From Peribolospora baueri (Eukaryota): a DNA stretch of 21,410 nucleotides. Numbering within the stretch: the stretch's first letter is position 1; every line of letters starts with the position of its first letter. The stretch is taken from assembly GCA_029717555.1 (NCBI GenBank), contig JAMDHS010000088.1, positions 62,001 through 83,410 of the forward strand, in the 5' to 3' direction. The position numbers and the translations under genes were made by a program. The notes below the pieces were generated by a model. The model ran no database searches and was not told the DNA's origin. It saw only the letters and a program-made list of their open reading frames with translations. Positions 1 through 10,273 of this stretch are shown here, piece by piece.

Positions 1-1791
1 GCCGTCGCACCAGGTGCCTTGTCGTCGCCACCGAGGATCAGCTCGAGATCTCGCGCCTGGGAGCGGATCCAGTTTTGAAGGAAAGTTTGTGGGGAGGTCG
101 CGAAAGAGGTGAGAAAGTCGCGCTTCAGCTTGGCGTTGCGGATGGAGAGCGCCGTTTGGGCGATCTGTAAATAAGAAAATAAGGGACGCCGAACGAGATG
201 AAACGAGACGGGGAGGCATCATTTGATCGCGACATCAGCCGCCGTTCTCTATTCAAGCCCCCAAGGGTCGTCGGCACAAGGTGTGCAACGTGAACGTAAC
301 AGATCGCCAGGAACATTCACCTGCTCGTCAATTTCTGCGATCTCCCTGGTCGTCTTGCTCTGTGGGTCAAGCCCGGCAAGGACGGAGTGCATCTTGTTTT
401 TGATCGGGTCATCCATTTCAATCTCGATGTCGTACGCCACCGGATGGATGTGGTGTTCAGTGTCGACACTGGATGCAGAGAATGAAGAAAAATCGAGTTA
501 ACGGGGAGTTTGAGCCTTCGCTTGAAGATTGCACTGTCCTACCACACAGATCTAGAAACCTACCGAACGATGTACTCCAAAACAATAGGCTCTGGTGGAC
601 GAAGAAACTGGTTGACGATCTGAGGCAGGTGCTGGAACATGCATCCTTCCGCACGGAAGATCTGTGGAGAAGGGGAGGAAAAGCAAGACCAAGTCATGCG
701 GAGTACAATATGAGCGAGACTTCCTCTTCGCGCCGCTACGACGTCAATTGTCGTTCTTCCACGCCTCTGCTCTCCCTTCACTCTCACCTTCTTCAACGGT
801 TCGTCAAACTTGATCGCCCTCCGGTCGCCCTCGTCCTGAAGCCTGTTGTTCTTGATATATCCCCACAAAGCGCTAATAACGCCAGCTCTGGTCTCCTCCT
901 TGATATCCAAAAGCTCTCCCAATCCCGGGTCAATGCGGTACCTCTCCGGGACGTGGTCAAGGTAGATCATAATCTTAGCCTTGCAAGGCGAGTCGCCGAG
1001 CCTCTTGATCTCGAAGCCGTCCATCGCAGGCTGGCCGGGTACGCGTCGCCATTCAATGAAGTTGGAGTCAGGATACAGCGCCGGGTCGCGGTCGAGCTCG
1101 ACGGAAAGGGATCGGATCAGGTTGGAGAACCGGAACGCTCCTGATGCCGCGGCGGCCGCGTTCGCCTCGACTACGGCGGCGGCGCGCGATTTGGTCGCGG
1201 GCTGTCGACAGCCATGGAGAGAGTAAGCAAAACGGCGGGTCCTCGAACATGAGCGGCGGATGCACGCATCCATCCAACGAGTCGAGGCTCACTCACCTCC
1301 AACAGCCTGCCTTCGATTTTCAGAGTCCAACTGGGCGGACCGTCCTTTTCCCTCGTTGACGACGCAGCCCCATCCTCCTTTCCATCCTCGTCCATCCCCT
1401 CTCCTCCACCCTCCTTTTTCTCCTTCTCCTCCTCCCCAAACCCTTGATTCGCCGCCAAGTTGCTCAGAAACACGCGCAAGATCCGTTTCGTCCGCACAGG
1501 CCTCGCCATGCCGTCCTGGATCTCCGTGCGCTTGCGGGTAATCGTCCAATCCAGACGCTTCTCGAAGGATTGCAGGTCCGTGTAAAGTGCTGACTCTGGT
1601 ACCACTGAGGACAGGGACGAGGGTAAGGTACGATCCGTTGGTCGCTTCTGTACACGTCCAGCCGCCGTCGCTGCCGTTGCTCCTGCCGCGGCGACGGCAG
1701 CCGCGTGGGCCTGAGCCTGAGCCTGAGCCTGGCTGGCAGGGTTGTTAGGCGCGCCCACATGGGGCGTTGATTGGGGGTGATGTGGCAGCAT
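1..1791 (-). CDS. SNF12: SWI/SNF-RSC complex 60-kDa subunit (SMARCD/BAF60, SWIB domain); 3' end runs off the window. Exons 1791-1297, 1201-788, 661-564, 468-321, 164-<1
   Basis: The spliced translation has SMARCD hallmarks: KRPTDRTLP..VPESALYTDLQSFEKRLDWTITRKR, WTLKIEGRLLE, DGFEIKRLGD, the SWIB core ETRAGVISALWGYIKNNRLQD, and C-terminal KRDFLTSFATSPQTFLQNWIRSQARDLE. All four introns are GT-AG and keep the frame. Confidence 0.93.
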
Positions 1792-2169
1792 CGGGATGGA
1801 TCGAGCCGGGAAACAGAACGAACGGGTGGATATGAGTGGGAAGGACCAAATCGCGTCGGAGCGAGCACGACGGCAATGGTAACCCTACTCTTCCACGGAA
1901 AAGAAATGCCACCTGCGCGACTCGATCGAGCGTTCGCCGCCTCGCTCGCCCCACGGACGAGTGTCCCGCCTATGCTTCGCCCGCCGCACCGGCCGCCCAC
2001 CTGCACCGCAACTAACCGAGTCTGTTCTACACTTCCCACACGTGTGGCGCGCACATTCAGGTTGGTCGGAACGTCTGGGATAGCATTTCAAGAGGGAGGG
2101 GTGCAAAGGTACGAGACGGAACAGGCAAATGGTATAGACTGATCGCGGGGGAGACGACATCGTCAGTTA

Positions 2170-4967
2170 TCACACCTCAGCCCTGTCGATGGAGGAAAGA
2201 GACGCCAGAAAATTCGATAGAGTCAACGATGATGAGCGATCGATCGACTCGAAGCGAGCGGCCCGGATTTGAGGATGACGGGGAACGGTGCTTGAACCCA
2301 CCATTGCATTCTGCGGGGCGGGCCGAGGCCCGGCGTTGCGACGTCTTCAGTCGGATCGGCAAACGGGTCGTCCATCTCTCCTTCGTCGAGCAAGTCGCGG
2401 CTGCCGGCCACAGTCTCCTCGTCTCCGTTCTCGTGGAGATATTCTGCATAGTCTCTCTCCCTGCCAGTGGCGTATGAAGAGGACGATGCGGAAGGGTCTC
2501 GCTGGCCCACGTGGCCGGGCGCCGGCTGTTGCTGTTGCTGGTGATCATCTTCGTCGGATGAATCATAGTCGCTGAAGTCGGACAGGCTGCCATTCCCGTA
2601 GGTAGAGCTGCTCTGCAGATCGGAGGGATTGGAAGTGGTGGCACCGGTTTGAGTCGGCTGAAGAGGGGCGGGCAGATCGCTGAGAAAGAGCGAGACGAGT
2701 AGCGAAGAATCGCAAGGTGATCAGCATGCGTCTTTCCACTGGCGCCGCGGCCGGTGTGCCTCAGCGGCTCACCTAGAGTCAAAGTCGAGGCCGTCCAGCT
2801 CGTCCAAGACGCCGCTTCTGGCGCCCCCGCTGCCCGTTTCAGCCCTGAACGAGTTGTGCCTATCGATCCTCATTCGCTGCTTGTCTTGTAGCTTCTCCAG
2901 CTCGCTGTCCGGGGCGTTCAACCGGGCCGCGGCGAGACGCTGACGTACTAGCTCAATTTCTTGATCCTCTTCCTCTTGACGCTTTTTCGCGCGAGCAGCT
3001 TCTTTCGATGAGGCATCCTCGGCGGTGGCCTTCTCCTCCTCCTCGTCCGTGTCGTTCTCCGGCGGGCGCGAGAGCTGGGTGTACGATAACATGGTTAGAA
3101 TCATACCGACAAACAATGCCAGCGGGGAAATCGTAAGGTGGTCGCGGAGTAGCCGTAGTCAGTGTTCAGCCCCTTACCTTATCGTAAAGCTGGATGGCGA
3201 GAATGATTTGCTCGTTCGTCGAGATGAGCGTTCCGAGGAACTCCTCGTCAGAGATCAGCTACCGATCAAGCGAAGAAGCGAAGCATCGATCGTTCAGCAA
3301 TCAATCAATCACCGTTCCTTTGCAGCTGAAGGCTTCCTCTCGCGCACCTGGATGTACCGCACGATCTTCTTCCTCACCGCCTTGGCCTTTGCAAGATAGT
3401 CTTGCACTTTGACATTGGTCGTTACGCTCTCCTTCTCGCGATTGACGTGCTGTAGCGCGTTGACGAGGTTCTGAGACATGGAAGCTGACGTAGCGATGGA
3501 AGCCAAGATGTTTGGCTTTTCCTGCAAGCGGACAAACGGAACGCCCGAGCAACGGACGAGTAAATTGTGATGAGCATTCTGTCTCGCCATCCTCAGCCAT
3601 ATCGCACGGAAACCTGCTTTCCCCTATCGACTGACTCGTTCAAAGTTGAAAGGCGGCCTCTGGACCCTCCCCTGTTGCTTCTTCTCGCTCTTCTCCTCCT
3701 TGGCTTTGCGCTTCGCCTCTTCCTTCTCTTCGCGCTCCTTCGCCTTACGCTCGCCGCGCAGCCTCATCTCCTCGGCGTAACGCTCCTGCTCCTTACGGTG
3801 CAGTTCGGCGGCTTCGGAACGGATCTGGGCGTCAGACTATGAAGAGAAAGGCAACCAAAAGGTAAGCGCATGCTACCGCCAACCGCGGAAGGAAACCCTT
3901 CTCCCACGAGGCCGACGGTGTATTCACGACGTTTGCAGAACGTAACACACCTTCTTTCCGCCACCACAAGCGGCCCAAAGCCCGGCGACAACGCGCATGC
4001 TCGGGTCGTCCTTGAACTGACGGTGCCAGGAGACGAGGACGGACATGAGCTTCTTCTTGACAGACGCGTCCGTCATGGGGTCTGCCGACATGAGCTTGAT
4101 CCGGTCCACGAGACGCTCGTTGGCGAAAGTGCCTGGAGTGGGGGCGAACGAATGGCCAGCGTCAAGGGAGGATAAGAAGGGTCAAGGGAAATGTGTAGAC
4201 ATACCTTGGAAACGCGGCCCGCAGTTTTCCACCAAGGCTTTGAGGATCTGGAGCACAGGAACGGGCAAGAGCAAGTGTCAACGGGACTGAAAAGAGAGGC
4301 CCTTGTCGGCTCCAGAAGGGCGCCCGAAACTCACAGTCAATGCCCTCTTCTGCCGATGGACGTTGCCGTACTTGAGCTTCTTCCTGATCGCCCGCGAAGC
4401 CTCTTTGGGCCTGAGGATTTGCGAGGACAGGGACAACTGTGACCAGGTCGATCAAATGAGCACGAAGGCCGGCCGCAAAGCTCACTCACCCTGTATCCTG
4501 CAAATTGATCGCCTAAGGACGACCGCCATATGCAGCAAAAGAATCAGAATGGTAAGCTGTGCGTATCACCGTATATCCCTGGCGCTCGTCCTTTCCCTCT
4601 TATCACTCACGTCGACCAGTTCCGGGATCCTGTACGGGCGATGATGGCATCAGCTACGTTGCGTCCTCCCTTTCGCCGCGCCGCCTCTCGCAGATTCTTT
4701 CGAAGCAATCACTCACCCATCGTAATCGTCCTCCTTGAATTTCTCGCTTGCCAGCCTCTCTATCCAATCGGAGACGGCGGTGAAAGGCTTCTTGCCGCCC
4801 CCGAACGCCTTCTGAGCCGCTTGCTAAAATATGATGGAAGAGAAACTGGCGTGAGCGGCGCCGTGTTTCACCCACACTGCTGTTGGGCTCGGCTCGGTCG
4901 ACGTCGTTGACGTCCAGACTATACAAGCGTCGCGAGGACAAAGGAAGCGAGAACGCACTTGCATCAT
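2170..4967 (-). CDS. LSB5: LSB5-like VHS/GAT-domain endocytic adaptor, 13 exons: 4967-4959, 4823-4717, 4629-4611, 4512-4490, 4410-4335, 4247-4205, 4132-3951, 3836-3636, 3521-3348, 3258-3178, 3074-2773, 2679-2302, 2182-2170
   Basis: The spliced translation MMQQAAQKAFGGGKKPFTAVSDWIERL..DGIPELVDAINLQDTGPKEASRAIRKKLKYGNVHRQKRALTILKALVENCG is a VHS domain. FNFEREKPNILASIA..RKKIVRYIQLISDEEFLGTLISTNEQII is GAT-like, followed by an acidic tail with DPFAD ending RMQWAEV*. All junctions are GT-AG and in frame; the first and last micro-exons are less certain. Confidence 0.88.
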
Positions 4968-5639
4968 CTTGAGCGAGCTCGGGCGGTGGTGGGAGGTTGA
5001 TGACAGACGATCGTGCGGGGGTTCGCGCTCAGCCGTCCGTCTTTATCAACACCGGCTGATGCTGATCGGCACGGGCGTTGGCCCCACTCCGAGCCGGTCA
5101 AAGTCTCGGACGGTGTCATCAAAGAACCACCACCAGTCACTGGCGGCCGGTCATTGCCGCCGGCTGCTCTAGTTCCACCTGCAAACCAACTGCACTCCCA
5201 AGTCCGGCAGCGGTGGCAACGAGCTAGACTGACGTCCTTCTATGCATATCCCCAAGTTCTATGTTGCAAACGCAGAGGCGCCGAGTCCATTTCGAACCCC
5301 CTCTATCACCACAGCCATTGTCCAGCTCGTCGCCTTGAGGGACATCCTTTCGATCTCCCTCAAGGCATACCTTCCTCTATGCGCCTCAAAAGCAGGTCAG
5401 GCTCATCCTACCCGAGAATGTGCGCCAGACCTCGACGGCGGCATTCCTTGAGACACACGCAACCAAAGGAGAGGAAGAGTACAATACAAATACAGCCTCG
5501 CAAGCAAAGTGATCCATAGGTGTAAGTAAGTCGTCGGTCATATCAAGACAGGTCCGCGTCAAGGCCGCCTTCGCCCTCGACGCTTCTTCGCCTGCGCAAC
5601 GACCACCGACACGCCCGCCCCTGCTCCGCCCCACCCACC

Positions 5640-7733
5640 TCAAGCACCGCGTTCCGATGCTCGGCCAGCGCTGGCGATCGCCTCGTCTACGGTTGGAAGC
5701 GAGCCGTCAGGCTCCTCCTGGTCCGGCTCCTGGCCCAGCTCGTGCTCAGGGGCAGACTCCACTGGCTCGCCGTTTTCGTCCATGTCCACAATTTCCTCCA
5801 CCTCGCCTATACCGCCAGGAAGGTCTCCTCCACGTCCTCGTCCCCGTCCCCGTCCTCGCCCTCGCCCTCGTCCGCCACCACACCCACGTCCCTGCGAGAA
5901 AGACTCGCCAAGCTCGCTTCCAGCGTCCGAAGCGGAAGACTTCTTGACGGCCGTGTCGCCCCGGAGGTCGTCTTCGTCTTCCTCCTCGCCGGGTTCCCTC
6001 TTGCGGAATTCCTTCGGCAGCTTGATTTCTGGCGGCGGACCGGAAAAGTCGTTACCGGTCGCTTCACCGTAAGCGGTGAGATCTGCATGGCAACACCACC
6101 GCGTGGAGGAGAAGGAAGAGAATGAGCCACGGGCCCTTCCTTCGATCGAAATGGGCAAGTCGGCAAAGGCCGACAGAAAGCGAGGTTTGCCTCTCACCGA
6201 TAGGCTTTTTGGTGGTGAGAGCGACCGTGATCCTAGCAGGGTTGATTCGCTCCTCTCTCACAAACTTGTTTTTGATCTCTCGGCGGGTGCGGTTGGGGAA
6301 GAGGCGGGAAATGAGCTCGAAATCGGTGCCCCATTGGGAAAGCGCCTGTTATGAGGAGGATGAGATACGAGCGTATGGACGGAAGATGTCAGCGCATGAT
6401 CAGAACGGGTAGGCGAGCGAAGTCGCCAGCAATGGAAGAAATGCTCATATGAACGATTCGCACAACTCGGACTCACCTGGTAGAACTGCTCCGTGGAAAG
6501 CGCATCCCATCGCTCCGATTTGAGCCTCTTCGAATTGGTGGCAGAGTTGACGAACCGCCCGGCCTCCTCTTCCTCTACGACTTCCAACCCTTCCTCGACA
6601 ATCTGTATTCCGCCGTAGTGGTCCACGTGCAGACTGCTCTCGTCAACGATCATTTCCCCGTTGGGGCCGAGGCGCATCTGCACAGCGTACGCGTTCTCGC
6701 CCGTCCCCGATACCGCGCTCTCTGCCCCGTCCTCCGAAGGCGCCGGTGTAGCAGACTGCTTGCGAACGGGTGGAGGGACGGCGACAGAGCCCGAACGCTC
6801 CGTTCGTCCCGCGTCCGAGCCGTCGGAGCGTTCTTCTTCCGAGCCGTCCTCATCTCCTGTTGTCTTGGACTTTGCTTTGGACCCCGCCGTCGCTCCCTCT
6901 CCCTCTTCCTCTACCTCGCTGTCCTCGCCACCGCCCATGGACCGCTGTTGTCGAATCTTTCTCAACTTCATCTTGGCGCGCTTGAGTTTCATCTTCTCCT
7001 TCCAGCTCAGATGCGCCTTGGTGACCTCGAGGAACTTGTCGCTCACCCGACCCCGATAGTGATTCGGTGCCGAGAGCTGGGACATGGTCAACGACGACGG
7101 GTCAAGAGGCTCAGTAGACGGGAGCTCGGGCTCCGACATGGGAAGGGGATTGCCATTTTCGTCCGTTTTCTTGCGTCTCATGTGCGCTCTCTTCGGCTTG
7201 TTGGCGTCCTGAGCGGTACTGTCCTCGGGGGCAGCGTCCCCGTTCTCGCTCGCCTTCTTGCGACGCTTAGGCGCTCTCTTTGCCGAATTTGGCTCCTCGA
7301 TACCCTCGTCGCCGGAGACGGCACTGTCGCCATCGTCCGTGTTCTTGCGTCGCCTGGGGCTGCGTTTCTTGGCCGCATCAGAGTTTTCGGGAGCCTCTTC
7401 GGCGGAGGCCGGGCTTCGGTCGTTGCCCCCGTGCTTTCGCCCCGCTGCACGCTCTATGAGTGCGCCCGCGCTGTCCGGATATTTCTTCGCTGAGGCTGAA
7501 GACGCCTCGGGCTGCGTCTCGGTGGAGTCGTCATGGGCGTCCGGCTGATCCCTAAGGGCAGGTGTTGGCGATGGAGGAGGGACGGGCTTGGGCACGGAGA
7601 GAGGCTGTGCGATGGGCCTTGCAATTGGCCTTGCGACGGGTCTTGCGATGGGCCGTGCGATGGGCCGCGGAGCGGACGAAGCTTTCATCTCGTCGACGAC
7701 GCTGTCGTTGTGATCTTGAGAGCCACACCACAT
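5640..7733 (-). CDS. BDP1: Transcription factor TFIIIB subunit B'' (Bdp1, SANT/Myb-like domain). Exons (7733 or 7688)-6477, 6345-6198, 6082-5640; start codon uncertain
   Basis: VQMRLGPNGEMIVDESSLHVD, RFVNSATNSKRLKSERWDALSTEQFYQ|ALSQWGTDFELISRLFPNRTRREIKNKFVREERINPARITVAL is the Bdp1 SANT region. Introns are GT-AG. The N-terminus is low complexity and no upstream exon could be fitted. Confidence 0.9.
7608..7667 (-). repeat. Five imperfect 12-nt tandem units encoding (RPIA/RPVA)5 in the Bdp1 N-terminus
   Basis: The + strand reads tgcgatgggcct tgcaattggcct tgcgacgggtct tgcgatgggccg tgcgatgggccg. Confidence 0.9.
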
Positions 7734-8421
7734 AAATTCTGTCGGACGAGTTCCACCTCGCCGAACCGAGCACGGGCACGGGCCTCGGCGCCGGCCATCT
7801 CCGCCGATCTCCGCAGCCTCACTGCGAACATGCTAGGTGCGGCGGCAGCGGCGGTGGGTGGTACGACGGTTATTGTACATGGCGGCTTGCAAAGGCGGTC
7901 TCCTGCGCCATTCGGGCGCTCTCTGCGGCCTGAGGAAGAGATCTGAGGGAATGGAAAGCCAGGCGAGAGGAGACATTGGACGTGGGCATTGGTGCGAATG
8001 CGGTGGAAGCTTTGTTTCCCAGCAGCGTACGTGCCAAAGTTCGGTGATCCCGCCAAACGTCCGCCCGTCGATCTTCTCTTCCATTCCAGCCTCGCTCCCA
8101 TCGACGACCATCTCCCATCTCCCCATCCACCCACTCGCTCTTCTGACCACCCATCGTTCCCCTCGCCCTTCGTCCTCTCGTCCTCACGCAGCAGGCCTGC
8201 CAAGCTCCACCCTTCCTTGACCGCCTCTCGTTGCAGTTACCCCGCTTTCGCCGCCCAGCGCGGCGTTCGCTCGCAACCCAACTCACTCAGCCGGACAGCC
8301 AAACGACTAGCGCCGCTCCGCCGGCCACCGAAGGCGACGTCAAGCAATTTTTGCAGCCAGCAAGAACGAGGGATCCATCTTTTCTTCTTCTTCTTCTTCT
8401 CCTTCTTCTCCACGTCGCATT

Positions 8422-9696
8422 ATGAGCTTCTTCAACTCCATCGGGTGAGCCTCCCTCCTCGCTCGGGCTTCTTGTGTCTTCGCGCTGCGACGCGCCGCAA
8501 CTCGAGAGCTCACGCTGCTTCTCCATGATTGTCGAACTGCCATCGGCGAACGCCTCACCCGTCGGGATAAACGAACGACCGAAAAGCCGGATGGGCCGCT
8601 CCGCTCGGCCGAAAAAGTCCCCCTCGACGCCTTCCACGCCCCAGTTCGACCACTTTGGCGGCGCTGGAGGCATGGCTTCGCCGACCGGCTACCCTGGCGC
8701 TCCGCAGTCGCCCATGTCCCCTGGCGGATACGGGATGGGAGGAGGGCAGGGCAAGCCGTTGTACTTGTGCAACCCATTCGTGAGGAGCACGCTCGTCAAG
8801 GGGAGCTTCAAGACGATCGTCGTGCTGCCCAAGTATGTTGAGAGGAACGAGTGGATCGCCGTGAACAGTAAGTGGGCCGCTCCTGGCGGGGGGAAAGAGG
8901 TCGAGATGGACGCTCGGCCATCTCTTCTGACGCTACGCTCCTCCATTTCGTGCCTCCCTGTTTCTTCGCCGTCCCTCTTTCCCAGTCTTCGATTTCTTCA
9001 ACAATCTCAACCAGTTCTACGGCGTCGTCACCGAGTTCTGCACGCTGGGCAATTGCCAGACCATGTCTGCAGGTCACGGGTGAGCTCACTAGTCCCACTA
9101 AATACGTTTCTTTTTGTACTTATCGGGCGGTGCGCTGATCCCCGACTCTTGACTGTTGCGCCTCTCCTCTGCGCGCCCCCTCAGCGTCGACTACACCTGG
9201 CTCGATCAGAACCGGAAGCAGGTCAAGCTGCCAGCGCCGCAATACATTGACTATGTCATGACCTGGGTCGGCGGCCTGCTCAATGACGAGACGGTGTTCC
9301 CGACCAAAGCCTGTGGGTTGGACGCTACGCGAACGATGGAGAGTGAGAGGTCGAGACGTGCTCGCGTTGATCCGTGCCGGTTCCCTCCCGTCCCCGTCGT
9401 ACCCCCACCGAGCAGCACGCGACTTTCCTCCCACCTTCCCCACGACGGCCAAGCACATCTACAAGCAGCTTCTCCGCGTCTTTGCCCACATCTACCACGC
9501 CCACTTCCACCAGCTCCTCCACCTTTGCTGTGAGGGACACTTCAACTCTCTCTTTGCCCACTTTATCGCCTTTGGAAAAGAGTTTGACCTCATCGACCAG
9601 AAGGACCTTAGAGCGAACGCCGGGTCGGGCTCGGCTCCTGGCATCACCGAGCTCGTCGACGCTTGGGTCGCCGCGGGCACGTTCGAGAAGGTGTAG
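8422..9696 (+). CDS. MOB2: Mob1/phocein-family kinase co-activator, Mob2 type (RAM/Cbk1 pathway). Exons 8422-8444, 8587-8867, 8986-9079, 9185-9312, 9416-9696
   Basis: MSFFNSIGRMGRS..KPLYLCNPFVRSTLVKGSFKTIVVLPKYVERNEWIAVNIFDFFNNLNQFYG..LPAPQYIDYVMTW..FPTK..IYKQLLRVFAHIYHAHF..HFNSLFAHF matches the fungal Mob2 pattern. Junctions are in frame. Confidence 0.93.
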
Positions 9697-9861
9697 AAAA
9701 GGGACGTCCCTTCCCTCCTTCCCTCCCTTTCTTCTCATCTCGTCCGTCTCGCTTGGCTTAGCTTAGTTTGGCTCCATCCATCCATCCATCGGTCCCGCTT
9801 TCCTTTCTTTTCGGGTTTATGTCGGCGGTCGGTCGGCGTACAGCGTATCGTACCGCTCGTT

Positions 9862-9909
<48 letters not shown>
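9862..9909. repeat. (CCGTCG)8 hexanucleotide microsatellite, with a (GCGT)n/(GT)n tract at ~9938-9966, between the convergent MOB2 and PPH3 3' ends
   Basis: Read directly from the sequence. Confidence 0.95.
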
Positions 9910-9911
<2 letters not shown>

Positions 9912-10273
9912 GCAGAGTGTGTCGTTTCTTAGAGCGAGCGTGCGTGCGTGCGTGTGTGTGTGTGTGACCGACTTGGACTGGAGCGGGGAAATGGAACGGA
10001 CGAAAATGATATGATGAGCCCCCCCTTCCCTTACAGAGCAGATCGTTGACGTCGGCGGCGGCATCGAGTAGCCAAGCGCGACAGACGGTGGGAAGCGCAA
10101 CGCAAGCGAATGGTGATTTGGTGATTGCCGATGGGAGGGAGGAAGGAAAAAGACGAGGAGAAGGGAGGTGGGAGAGGTAGAGAGGGGTGTACAAAGCGTC
10201 GCTCGGAGAGGGGCATGCCAAGGCGAAGGAAGGAAGGACGAAGCGGGAAGGGAGGGCTGGGATGAGGGAAGGA

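Noticed and set aside
1878..1890. TAACCCTA, resembling a telomerase template or telomere repeat
   Set aside because: It is a single short match in the SNF12 promoter with no other support, as expected by chance.
4997..5065. Possible box C/D snoRNA on + (TGATGA ... CTGA)
   Set aside because: The C box lacks the leading purine, there is no terminal stem, and I found no convincing rRNA-complementary guide.
5280..5390. RNase P-like words on the minus strand (GGAAGGT, CAATGGCTG)
   Set aside because: They are too close together and no CR-V/P4 partner is present. The region is kept only as a generic structured-RNA candidate.
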